Below are positions 16,450 through 25,402 of a stretch of 25,402 nt of DNA, in pieces. The notes beneath the pieces are model-generated. The model made no database searches. It was given only the letters and a program-made list of their open reading frames with translations, and had not been told where the DNA came from. The DNA lies in assembly GCA_964472435.1 (NCBI GenBank), contig CAYYNG010000001.1:1-25402 (forward strand). The letters run 5' to 3'. A program made the position numbers and the translations under genes. The DNA is from an uncultured Hyphomonadaceae bacterium. Lineage in GTDB: Bacteria; Pseudomonadota; Alphaproteobacteria; Caulobacterales; Hyphomonadaceae. Numbering within the stretch: the stretch's first letter is position 1; each line of letters begins with the position of its first letter.

Positions 16450-19400
16450 ATGGGTGTTTCCGTTTGGAAACAATTGCGCGGTATGGCCGCGGCTACGCTG
16501 TTTGTAGCCGCCGGCGCCGCCATGCCCGCCGCCGCCGAATTGGGCGAAACGGTCACCAATGTTGCGCAGCTCGCCTATGATCAAAGCGGCGTCAGCTTCG
16601 AGGTCGAGACCAACCCGGCGACCTTCATAATCGAGGCGGCGCGGACGCCGTCGACCATCGAGTTTTTCCGCCTGGCGCCGGCCGACCCTAATGCGTTTGT
16701 CACTCAACTCAACGGGTCGCAGTTCAGCGTGTCGGGATCGATCACGGGGGACGATTTCGAGAACATCGACCCTTCGAGTGCGATCATGGCGCGGGAGATT
16801 GCCGGCGAGGCCGACATGATCGCGCCGGCGGAGACCTATCTCGCCGGCGAGCTGATCGTTGTTCGTGTCACCGACCTTGGGCAAAACGGCGACCCCGCCC
16901 TCATTGAAACCGTGACGGTCACGCTCACCTCCGATGCGGGCGACACGATCGCGCTCCGACTTTTCGAAAGCGGCCCGGACACGGGACAGTTCCTCGCTTT
17001 CGTGCCGAGCACGGTTGAACAGACGCCCGCCAACGATGGCCGGCTGACGACGCCGAACGGCGCCGCATTGACCGCGACCTATATCGACATCTTTGATTCG
17101 ACTGAGATTTCCCTCGACACGGCCCTGGTCGACCCGTTCGGCCGCCTGTTCAACAGCCTCACTGGCGAGCTGATCGACGGCGCCCAAGTTTCAATTGTCG
17201 ACGCGGTTACAGGCGCGCCAGCGCCGGTCTTCGGCGTCGACGCGGTTTCGCCCTATCCCTCGACCCTCGTCACCGGGTCGGTGGTGACGGATGCGAGCGG
17301 GCTTGAGTATCCGCTCGGGCCCGGCGAGTTCCTCTTCCCCCTTATGCCGCCTGGGGACTACCGGCTGGAGATCAGCCCGCCCGAGGGCTTCACCGCGCCC
17401 TCGAACCGCGCGCCGGAGACATTTACCGACCTCGACAACGCGCCCTTTGAGATCATCGACGCCTCGTTCGGGGGCTCGTTTAGTTTGGATCTGACGGGAC
17501 CCCTGAATTTCGATGTCCCGCTCGACCCGGCGGGCGAACTTGTGGTGACCAAAACGGCCGGAACAGAGGTCGCCGCCGTGGGCGACTTCGTCCGATTCGA
17601 GATCGAAGTCGAAAACCGCGGCGAACGGGGCGCGATTTTCGACCTCGTCGACGTGCTGCCCGCCGGCTTCCGGTTCCGTGCGGGGTCGGTCCGCCTCGAT
17701 GGCGTGCGCGCCGCCGACCCGGTCGTCGCGCCCGACGGCGTCACGCTGCAGTTCAAGCAGCAGGCGGTGCTCGCCGGCGAACGGCTGCGGGTCAGCTATG
17801 TCACCGAGTTCGGCGCGGGCGCGGGGCTCGGCGAGGCCGTCAACGTCGCTTTCGCCGTCAGCCCCACGGGCGAGGTGATCTCGAACCGCGGCGAAGCCGC
17901 TGTCATCCTGCAGGAGGCGCTTCTGCGGTCGGCGCTCACCATTGTCGGACGCGTCGCTGAGAACGCCTGCGATCCGGATGATCCTTGGGTTCGCGAGCGG
18001 CAAGACGGGATCGGCGTGCCAGGGGTCCGGCTCTATCTCGAAACGGGGGAGTTCACCGTCACAGACGATGACGGCCTCTACCATTTCGAAGCGATCGTTC
18101 CCGGCACCCATGTTGTTCAGGTCGACCAAGAGACGCTTCCCGAAGGTTACGAAGTCGTGGTTTGCGAGGAGAACACGCAGTATGCCGGCCGGGCGTTCTC
18201 GCGTTTCGTCGAGGGCGTCGGCGGCTCGATCCAGCGGGCGAATTTCTATCTTGAATATACGGGCGAAGGCGCGGCCGAGCCTGCGGTCGAAGAGGCCGCT
18301 GCGACGGCAGCGGATGACGAGCCGCAATACGATCGGGCGTGGCTCGACGCCCAGCCCCCAGGCGCTGTCGCATGGGCTTATCCCGACCCCGACAAGACCC
18401 CTGCGAGCCCCAGCGTCGATTTCGGCGTCTCCCATCCCGCCCAGGGCGCGCTGGCGGTGACGTTGAACGGCGAGCCGGTTCCCGCGGCGAACTATGAGGG
18501 GCGGATCCAGTCGACCGACCAGTCCATGGCGCTGAGCCGTTGGCGCGGTGTCGATATCCAGCGAGGCCGCAATGAGTTCGTCGTCGCAATCGACGGCGTC
18601 GATGTGCTGACGCGCGAGATCTGGTTCGTCGACCGCGCCGTCCGCGCCGCCCAAGTGGCGGACCAATCCATTCTCGTCGCCGACGGGCGCACGAACCCCT
18701 CCATCGCCGTGCGGCTCGAGGATGCAGGCGGCCGCCCCGTCCATGCCGGCCGCCTGGTCGAGGTGAACATCGAAGCGCCCTACCGCTTGAGGGATGCGGG
18801 CGATTTCGAGACCGCCGATCCCGTGACGGCCGCCCGCTCGGCGCGCACCAGCGTCGCGGTCGGCGAGAACGGCATCGCGCGGATCGAGCTTGAGCCGACG
18901 CTGCAAACCGGCCGCGTGCGCCTGCGCGTCACCCTGGATAGCGGCGAGGAGGAGATCACCGCCTTCCTCGAACCAGAAAAGCGGGACTGGATCCTGGTCG
19001 GTCTCGCCGAGGGCACGCTGGGCGTCACCGATCTCGGCGGCGCGGCGATTGAGGACCCTGAGACCATCCTCGACGAAGACGGCCGGATCGCCTTCTTCGC
19101 CAAGGGCGTCGTGCGCGGCGATTGGCTCTTAACCATCGCCGTCGACACGGCGGTCGGTCGCGGCGACGCCGATGGCGACATTTTTGAAGATATCGACCCG
19201 AACGCTTTCTACACGCTCTACGGCGACCGATCGTTCCAAGATCATGACGCCGAAAGCCGGTTCCCGGTCTTTGTGAGGATCGAACGCCGCACCTTCCAAG
19301 CGCTCTTCGGCGACTATGACACAGACCTCACCGACACGACGCTCGGCCGCTACTCGCGCCGTCTGTCGGGTGTGAAGACGGTCTACGAGACCGACCGGGT

Positions 19401-21501
19401 GTCGGTAAACGCGTTCGCCGCCGAGACCAATCAGGGTTTCCAGAAAGACGAGTTCGCGGCCGACGGCACGTCGGGTCCGTTCGAGCTCACGGTGGCGCCG
19501 CTCCTGCGCAATTCCGAAGAGATCTTCGTCGAAACCCGCGACCGGTTCCGCCCCGACGTGATCGTGGCGACCCAGCCGCTCGCTCGGTTCGTCGACTATG
19601 ATATCGACTTCGACACCGGCGAGGTGATCTTCCGCCAACCGATCCCGGCGACGGACGCCTCGTTCAATCCCAACGTCATCGTCGCCGACTACGAGACCTC
19701 CGAAACCGTCGATCGCGACATCGTCGCCGGCGGCCGGGCGGCGGCGCGCTTTGCGGACGGCCGCGTCGAGATTGGCGCCACCTACATCCGGCAAGAGGGC
19801 GATGAGACCGAGGAAGACACGGTCAGCGACCTCGCCGGCGTCGATCTCACCATTCAAATCGATCGCAACACCGAGCTTCATGCGGAATACGCGACGAGCC
19901 GGACCGAGACGGAGGAGGTCGGCGACGACGAACGCTCCGAGGCGATCTTGGTCGAAGTGGTCCGGCGGACCGAGCGGGTGCAGGCGAGCGCTTACTTCCG
20001 CGAAGATGAAGACGGGTTCGGCCTCGGTCAACAGACCTCGGCGACGCTCGGCGCGCGCCGCTATGGCGCTGCAACGACGGTGCAGCTCGGCGATGTCTCC
20101 GGCATCGCCGCCGAGGGGCGCAGCCGGGCCTTCGTCGACAGCGAGATCTATCGCGAAGAGAACCTCAACACCGGCGACACGCGGACCGTCGCCGAAGCGT
20201 CCGTTGGCCAAGACGGCCAACTGTTTGGGATCAGCGCCGGGGTGCGGAACGTCGTTGAGGATTTCAACGCCACCGGCGACCAGCGAACCTCGCTGGCCGC
20301 CATCGCATCCGTCCGCGGCACGATCCCGCGGTTCGGCCTCAACGTCACCGCCAGCCACGAACAGCCGCTTGGCGCGCGCGACGAATCCTCGCTTTTCCCC
20401 CAGCGCACGGTGATTGGCGTGGACAAGACCCTGACCCGGTTCGCCACCCTGAACGTGCGCCACGAGATCCTCGACGGCGCGGACGCGTCTGGCCGCAATA
20501 CGATCGCCGGCGTCACGGTTCGTCCCTGGACCGGCGCTGAGGTGCGCGCGGCGACCGACTTCGCAACCACCGATTCAGGCCGTCGGATCGGGGCGACGGT
20601 CGGCGTCGACCAAAACATCCGGATCAATGAGAACTGGTCGGCTGGCTTCGGCGTCGCCCGGCGCATTGGGATTGATAATGACGATGCGCCGCTGGACGTC
20701 GCGCCTGACGCCGCGCTTTCGCCGCTCGAGACGGCGCCGCAAAGCCCGCTGACCTTGGATGACGGCTTTACGTCTTTGACCACTGGCCTCGGCTACCAAA
20801 CGAGAGGCACGTCCACCTCGGCTCGCTTCGAGTTCCGGGACTCGGCCCTTGGTCAACGCTTCACAGGCGTTTTAGGAGGCGCACGCCAAGCCTCGGAGAC
20901 GTTGTCCTTCGCAGCCGCCGCCCGCCTGCAGCGCGAAACCTTCACTATCGAGGGCGCAGAAGCGCGACGGGATATCGATGCGCGCCTCGGCCTCGCCTAT
21001 CGGCCCCGCGGCGAGGGCGTGATCATTTTCAACCGATTGGATGTGAAGGCCGAGGAGGTCTTCAACACGACCCAGCAGTATCGGATCGTGAACAATTTCA
21101 GCGCCAACATCCTGCCGACGGATAAGATCGAGCTTGCAGTCTTCTACGGCGCGAAGTTCACCGACGCGACGTTCGATGGCGACCAATTCCAAAGCTTCGC
21201 GCAGCTTTTCGGCGGCGAGTTCCGCCACGATGTGCGCCCTTGGCTGGATGTCGGCGTCCAAGGCTCGGTGCTGCACTCGGCGACCACCGACACCTTGGAT
21301 TACTCATATGGTCCGTCGTTGGGCGCGACGCCGGCGACCAATTTTTATGTCAGATTAGGCTGGAACTTAGAAGGCTTCGTGGATCGCGACTTCGAAGCCG
21401 CCGAATTCACCCGCGAGGGCCCCTTCGTTAAGCTTCGGATAAAATTTGACCAAGATACTGTTGGCGAGCTTTTGAGGCGGGTCACGCCCAACGGGCCGTA
21501 G
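16450..21501 (+). CDS. Cluster gene C: about 1680-aa protein with N-terminal Ig-like/DUF11/SdrD-B-like domains and a predicted C-terminal outer-membrane beta-barrel
   Basis: Signal peptide ending PAAA|E; complete DUF11 domain at about 17533-17910; SdrD/Cna-B-like GVPGVRLYLETG..TVTDDDGLYHF..IVPGTHVVQVD. From about 18985 the sequence shows alternating amphipathic strands ending FVKLRIKFD. The start may be TTG 16444 or ATG 16450. Confidence 0.85.
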   Translation: MGVSVWKQLRGMAAATLFVAAGAAMPAAAELGETVTNVAQLAYDQSGVSFEVETNPATFIIEAARTPSTIEFFRLAPADPNAFVTQLNGSQFSVSGSITGDDFENIDPSSAIMAREIAGEADMIAPAETYLAGELIVVRVTDLGQNGDPALIETVTVTLTSDAGDTIALRLFESGPDTGQFLAFVPSTVEQTPANDGRLTTPNGAALTATYIDIFDSTEISLDTALVDPFGRLFNSLTGELIDGAQVSIVDAVTGAPAPVFGVDAVSPYPSTLVTGSVVTDASGLEYPLGPGEFLFPLMPPGDYRLEISPPEGFTAPSNRAPETFTDLDNAPFEIIDASFGGSFSLDLTGPLNFDVPLDPAGELVVTKTAGTEVAAVGDFVRFEIEVENRGERGAIFDLVDVLPAGFRFRAGSVRLDGVRAADPVVAPDGVTLQFKQQAVLAGERLRVSYVTEFGAGAGLGEAVNVAFAVSPTGEVISNRGEAAVILQEALLRSALTIVGRVAENACDPDDPWVRERQDGIGVPGVRLYLETGEFTVTDDDGLYHFEAIVPGTHVVQVDQETLPEGYEVVVCEENTQYAGRAFSRFVEGVGGSIQRANFYLEYTGEGAAEPAVEEAAATAADDEPQYDRAWLDAQPPGAVAWAYPDPDKTPASPSVDFGVSHPAQGALAVTLNGEPVPAANYEGRIQSTDQSMALSRWRGVDIQRGRNEFVVAIDGVDVLTREIWFVDRAVRAAQVADQSILVADGRTNPSIAVRLEDAGGRPVHAGRLVEVNIEAPYRLRDAGDFETADPVTAARSARTSVAVGENGIARIELEPTLQTGRVRLRVTLDSGEEEITAFLEPEKRDWILVGLAEGTLGVTDLGGAAIEDPETILDEDGRIAFFAKGVVRGDWLLTIAVDTAVGRGDADGDIFEDIDPNAFYTLYGDRSFQDHDAESRFPVFVRIERRTFQALFGDYDTDLTDTTLGRYSRRLSGVKTVYETDRVSVNAFAAETNQGFQKDEFAADGTSGPFELTVAPLLRNSEEIFVETRDRFRPDVIVATQPLARFVDYDIDFDTGEVIFRQPIPATDASFNPNVIVADYETSETVDRDIVAGGRAAARFADGRVEIGATYIRQEGDETEEDTVSDLAGVDLTIQIDRNTELHAEYATSRTETEEVGDDERSEAILVEVVRRTERVQASAYFREDEDGFGLGQQTSATLGARRYGAATTVQLGDVSGIAAEGRSRAFVDSEIYREENLNTGDTRTVAEASVGQDGQLFGISAGVRNVVEDFNATGDQRTSLAAIASVRGTIPRFGLNVTASHEQPLGARDESSLFPQRTVIGVDKTLTRFATLNVRHEILDGADASGRNTIAGVTVRPWTGAEVRAATDFATTDSGRRIGATVGVDQNIRINENWSAGFGVARRIGIDNDDAPLDVAPDAALSPLETAPQSPLTLDDGFTSLTTGLGYQTRGTSTSARFEFRDSALGQRFTGVLGGARQASETLSFAAAARLQRETFTIEGAEARRDIDARLGLAYRPRGEGVIIFNRLDVKAEEVFNTTQQYRIVNNFSANILPTDKIELAVFYGAKFTDATFDGDQFQSFAQLFGGEFRHDVRPWLDVGVQGSVLHSATTDTLDYSYGPSLGATPATNFYVRLGWNLEGFVDRDFEAAEFTREGPFVKLRIKFDQDTVGELLRRVTPNGP

Positions 21502-21505
21502 GCGC

Positions 21506-23716
21506 ATGCGGGACATCCTCTTAAACATTCGATCGGCGGCCGGCGCGCTGATCGTGGCGGCGGCGGGTCTCGCGGCCACGAATCCCGCCGCCGCCCAGGC
21601 GGTCGGGACACTGGATTGGTCGAGCCAGGGACTGACGAGCGCCGCGCCCCTGCCCAATCCGTTCATCGTCAGCTCGGGCGGTCGAACGCTAACCATAACC
21701 ACCTCGACCCAAGGCGCGGGGCCCGGGATCGCCACTGTCTACGCCGACTTCGTAACCTTCAATACCGGCGCGCTCTCCGGGCCCGGCGGCATCGGCGTCC
21801 TGGCGTTCAACAATAATAATGTGGACAATAATGAACGCATCATCTTCGAGATGACGTTCGACGAACCGGTCGCCAACCTCGCCTTCGACGTCCAGGACAT
21901 CGACCAGACCGGCGCGGGCGACGATGCGGTGGTTGTGAGCTTCGACGACGGCACGGGCTTTCAGACGCTGCGGGGCACGCCATTTGTCTCGCTGTCGGGA
22001 GCCTCGATCATCGAAGACAACGCGCCGGGTTTCGACGGCTGGGAAGGGAACGGCGCCTCCGGCGTCGCCGACAGCGCCGCCGATCTGCAGATCGATTTCG
22101 GCGCGCAGGAAGTGATCGCCGTGCGCATCGAGTTGTTCAACGCAGACGACTCGCCCGCCGACCCCGGCAACCAATTCGCAGGCATCTCCGATATCAGCTG
22201 GACGACCCCGCCCGGCGCCGACCTGTCGCTTTCGCTTGTCGCCAGCGACGCCGATGCGACGCTAGGCGACCCCACGGCGCTGACGCTGACGGTGATGAAC
22301 GACGGCGCGCTGGCGACCAGCGGCGTCGCCGTGTCGCTGCCGCTCGCACCGAACCTGCGGTACGCCTCCGCCAATGGCGGCGGCGCTTATGATCCGGTCG
22401 CCGAAATTTGGTCCGTGCCCGGCGCGCTCGCCGCCGGCGAGAGCCAGACCCTGATTGTGAACACGACGGTGAATTCGACGGCCTCGAGTTTCACTATTCG
22501 CGGCGAGGTGACGGCGAGCGCCGTCGCCGACCCGGACTCAGTCCCGGGCAACGCGGCCGCGGCGCCCTTTGAAGACGACACCGCGAGCGTCGTCTTTACG
22601 CCAGGCTTCGGCGGCGGCGGCACGACGCCTCCGCCCCTTGGCTGCGGCGCGGCGTCTCAATTCTTTGAGTGGGAGAGCAATCCTTATCCGCCGGGATCCC
22701 TCTCCCAGACCTACACCGTCAATGGATTGGGCTTCGATTTCGCCTTCACCGGCGCGACCGACGATTTCGTTCCCATTGGAGCGCTCGCCAATTCGCCTGG
22801 GACCGACGACGCCTTCACGGGCGGCATCACGGCGGACAATTCGCTGCTGTTTGCGGCCGACTACGACACCCTGGGCGAGACCATCACGCTGACGATCGAT
22901 ATCGGCGCGAGCGGGGTGGGCGTCAGCGAGCTTCAGTTTGTGATCTTCGACGTCGATTTCGGCGCCGGCACGTTCCAAGACGAGATCACGATCACCGGCT
23001 CGCTGGGCGGAGGCGCGACCATTGTTCCGCTGCTTACGCCGAGCGCGTCTAACGTCGCAAGCGGATCCGTCGCCCAGGGCGGTTCGGTCGCAGTGGGCTC
23101 CACAAGCGGCGACGCTAACGTAACGGCCACTTTCTCCCAGGCCGTCGACCAAGTTCGGATCATCTACGACAATGGCCCCGACGCGCCTGCGCTCCCGGGT
23201 CTCCAGGCGATCGCCCTCCACGATCTGGAATATTGCGAGGCGCTGCCGCCGCCGGACCTCTCCGCGGTGAAGACGACGGCGGTCTTCAATCCGGACAATC
23301 CGTCGAATCCGGGAAACAGCGTATTCGCCGTGCCCGGCAACGATGTGACCTACACGATCACCGTCACGAACAGCGGGGACGGGGTGACGGATCCAAGCTC
23401 GATCCTGCTCATCGACGAGCTTCCGGCCGAGGTCGAGTTCTTCAATGGCGATGTCGACGGCCCCTTGGGGGCTGAAACCGCAGCCGTCGCCTTCAACGAC
23501 CAGTCCTCGGGTCTGACATTCGACGCCGTAACCGACGTGCGGTTTTCGAACACGACGAGCCGGCCCCCGAGCTTCCTCGCCTGCAGCTATTCTCCTCTGC
23601 CGGCGCCGGCCTACGACCCCGCCGTTCGATTCATCTGCCTTAACCCGAAAGGGGTGATGGCCGCGGGCGACCCCGATCCGAGCTTTTCCCTCACCTTCCG
23701 CGCCCGGATTAAGTGA
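21506..23716 (+). CDS. Cluster gene D: secreted adhesin-like protein with two related beta-rich domains, one full and one truncated DUF11 domain (putative tip adhesin)
   Basis: Signal peptide ending PAAA|Q; 4 bp after the gene C stop; full DUF11 at about 22214-22600; C-terminal PDLSAVKTT...PGNDVTYTITVTNSG...DELP...SFSLTFRARIK*. Confidence 0.87.
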   Translation: MRDILLNIRSAAGALIVAAAGLAATNPAAAQAVGTLDWSSQGLTSAAPLPNPFIVSSGGRTLTITTSTQGAGPGIATVYADFVTFNTGALSGPGGIGVLAFNNNNVDNNERIIFEMTFDEPVANLAFDVQDIDQTGAGDDAVVVSFDDGTGFQTLRGTPFVSLSGASIIEDNAPGFDGWEGNGASGVADSAADLQIDFGAQEVIAVRIELFNADDSPADPGNQFAGISDISWTTPPGADLSLSLVASDADATLGDPTALTLTVMNDGALATSGVAVSLPLAPNLRYASANGGGAYDPVAEIWSVPGALAAGESQTLIVNTTVNSTASSFTIRGEVTASAVADPDSVPGNAAAAPFEDDTASVVFTPGFGGGGTTPPPLGCGAASQFFEWESNPYPPGSLSQTYTVNGLGFDFAFTGATDDFVPIGALANSPGTDDAFTGGITADNSLLFAADYDTLGETITLTIDIGASGVGVSELQFVIFDVDFGAGTFQDEITITGSLGGGATIVPLLTPSASNVASGSVAQGGSVAVGSTSGDANVTATFSQAVDQVRIIYDNGPDAPALPGLQAIALHDLEYCEALPPPDLSAVKTTAVFNPDNPSNPGNSVFAVPGNDVTYTITVTNSGDGVTDPSSILLIDELPAEVEFFNGDVDGPLGAETAAVAFNDQSSGLTFDAVTDVRFSNTTSRPPSFLACSYSPLPAPAYDPAVRFICLNPKGVMAAGDPDPSFSLTFRARIK

Positions 23717-23757
23717 CGGGCCTTGGCGCCGCTCGCTGATCCGCCTACGTCTCGGCG

Positions 23758-24387
23758 ATGGCGAAGGTGAAGATTTGCGGGGTGGTCTCGATCGCCCAGA
23801 CCAAGTTCTTGTCAAACGCAGGCGCGGACTGGATCGGGCTGAATCTCGTTTTAAACAGCCCGCGCCAGATCTCCGAGCGAGATCTCGAGCTGTTTTCGCG
23901 ACTGGCGGATCCGACGCCGACGGTCGCCATCGTGGCCGACCCTTGCGACGGACTGATCCATGTGATCTCCGACACGGGGATCGCGGCGATCCAACTTCAC
24001 GGCGCCGAAACGCCGGACCGGGTCGCGGAGGTCAAAGCGCTTTCGGGGCTGGAGGTCTGGAAGGCGATCGGCGTCTCCGAAGCGGCGGATCTTGAGGCCG
24101 CGGCCGAATATTCCGCCGCCGACCGCTTGTTGATTGATGCGAAGCCGCCGAAGGGTGCGACGCGGTCCGGCGGGCACGGCGCCCCATTCGATTGGACGGT
24201 CCTCGAGGGCTGGACATCGCCGAAGCCTTGGATTCTCGCCGGCGGCCTGACACCAGACAACGTCGCCGAAGCGATTCGCCTGACGCGGGCTGACGCTGTC
24301 GATGTCGCCTCTGGCGTCGAAGGCGCGCTGGGCCTAAAGGACAAGGCCCTGGTCGAAGCGTTTATCGCTGCGGCGAAGGCGGCTTGA
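23758..24387 (+). CDS. trpF: Phosphoribosylanthranilate isomerase
   Basis: [38 protein letters not shown]......VDVASGVE. Confidence 0.95.
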   Translation: MAKVKICGVVSIAQTKFLSNAGADWIGLNLVLNSPRQISERDLELFSRLADPTPTVAIVADPCDGLIHVISDTGIAAIQLHGAETPDRVAEVKALSGLEVWKAIGVSEAADLEAAAEYSAADRLLIDAKPPKGATRSGGHGAPFDWTVLEGWTSPKPWILAGGLTPDNVAEAIRLTRADAVDVASGVEGALGLKDKALVEAFIAAAKAA

Positions 24388-24452
24388 CGACCCCGCGATT
24401 AAGCGGGTCACAGGCCTTGATTCGACCCATCGCGGCGCGGAGCGGAAACCAT

Positions 24453-25402
24453 ATGAACAAGCCCAACACTTGGGATCAGTGGCCGGATGAGAGCGGCCGG
24501 TTCGGCGCGTTCGGCGGCCGCTATGTCGCCGAAACGCTGATGCCGTTGATCCTCGAGCTCGAAGAGGAATACCGGCGCGCGAAGGCCGATCCCGCATTTC
24601 AGGCCGAGTTCGACGAGCTGCTGCAAAACTATGTCGGCCGGCCGAGCCCGCTTTATTTCGCCGAACGGCTGACCGAATATTACGGCGGGGCGAAGATCTA
24701 TTTCAAACGCGACGAATTGAACCATACCGGCGCGCACAAGATCAATAATTGCTTGGGCCAAGTGCTGCTCGCCCGGCGGATGGGCAAGACCCGGATCATT
24801 GCTGAGACGGGGGCCGGACAGCACGGCGTCGCCACGGCCACCGTCTGCGCCCGCTTCGGCCTTCCGTGCATCGTCTTCATGGGGGCGACCGATGTCGAGC
24901 GGCAAAAACCCAACGTGTTTCGAATGAAGCTGCTCGGCGCCCATATCGTGCCCGTCTCATCGGGCACGGGGACCCTCAAAGACGCAATGAACGAAGCGCT
25001 GAGGGACTGGGTTACGAACGTGGACGATACGTTTTATGTGATCGGCACCGCTGCGGGCCCTCACCCTTATCCCGGGCTGGTGCGGGACTTTCAGTCGGTG
25101 ATCGGGCGGGAGGCGAGGGCCCAGATTCTCGAGCGCGAGGGCCGGCTGCCCGATGCGCTGATGGCCTGCATCGGCGGCGGGTCGAACGCGATCGGCCTCT
25201 TCCATCCGTTTTTGGAGGACGATGGCGTGCGCCTTATCGGCGTTGAAGCCTCTGGCCACGGGCTTGGGAGCGGTGAACACGCCGCCGCCCTGAACGGCGG
25301 CGAACCGGGCGTCTTGCATGGGAACCGCACCTATCTTCTGCAGGACGACGACGGCCAGATCCTCGACGCCCACTCGATTTCAGCTGGGCTTGATTATCCC
25401 GG
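24453..25402 (+). CDS. trpB: Tryptophan synthase beta chain (partial; runs off the right edge)
   Basis: Manual translation: [31 protein letters not shown]...[15 protein letters not shown] (PLP lysine)...[14 protein letters not shown]...[11 protein letters not shown]. Confidence 0.97.
   Translation, partial: MNKPNTWDQWPDESGRFGAFGGRYVAETLMPLILELEEEYRRAKADPAFQAEFDELLQNYVGRPSPLYFAERLTEYYGGAKIYFKRDELNHTGAHKINNCLGQVLLARRMGKTRIIAETGAGQHGVATATVCARFGLPCIVFMGATDVERQKPNVFRMKLLGAHIVPVSSGTGTLKDAMNEALRDWVTNVDDTFYVIGTAAGPHPYPGLVRDFQSVIGREARAQILEREGRLPDALMACIGGGSNAIGLFHPFLEDDGVRLIGVEASGHGLGSGEHAAALNGGEPGVLHGNRTYLLQDDDGQILDAHSISAGLDYP

Noticed and set aside
17191-20463. Long antisense ORFs (571 aa at 17191-18906 and 444 aa at 19129-20463)
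   Set aside because: They lie wholly opposite gene C and have no recognisable motifs. They are typical shadow ORFs of high-GC codon bias.
14213-23716. Cluster as a classical chaperone-usher, type IV/Tad, curli or sortase pilus locus
   Set aside because: No PapD/FimD signatures, prepilin cleavage motif, ATPase, curlin repeats, LPXTG motif or sortase were seen.
14055-23757. DUF11 cluster as a tRNA-integrated genomic island
   Set aside because: No integrase or transposase is present, I found no duplicated tRNA 3' end (att site) near 23716-23757, and coding GC and codon style look like the flanking genes.
22538-23815. 425-aa minus-strand ORF, and similar shadows at 1613-2371, 5980-6753, 9363-10310, 11397-12257 and 13104-14054
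   Set aside because: All are antisense to well-supported genes, are Arg/Gly-rich, and show no family signal.

Overview
This is a high-GC bacterial window whose gene families and synteny suggest an alphaproteobacterium (inference). The left 14 kb is mostly housekeeping. It holds a sahR-like ArsR/SAM-methyltransferase regulator, metF and metH as one minus-strand operon with a palindromic operator, then mlaA-mlaC, a DUF1800-DUF1501 pair and an ABC ATPase. These are followed by a CHCC zinc-finger protein, gluQ-DMT transporter-alkaline phosphatase, a hypothetical membrane protein, msrA and tRNA-Ser(GGA). The right end carries trpF and a partial trpB. Between tRNA-Ser and trpF (14213-23716) lies the main item of interest, a four-gene cluster (A-D) of signal-peptide-bearing DUF11/Ig-like proteins. 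A, B and D end in a C-terminally truncated DUF11-like domain. The missing 'G..V.N.A/F.L.Y' strand is present at the mature N-terminus of B and of C, a 1.7k-aa protein with a predicted outer-membrane beta-barrel. The putative isopeptide residues (Lys and Asp on the acceptor, Asn on the donor strand) are split between proteins, and A lacks both Lys and Asp. This pattern fits a sortase-independent, donor-strand-complemented and probably covalently cross-linked pilus or fibre. The proposed roles are C as OM anchor or secretion platform, B as shaft, D as tip adhesin and A as chaperone or cap. This model is inferred from sequence only, and whether it is already described in the literature was not checked.
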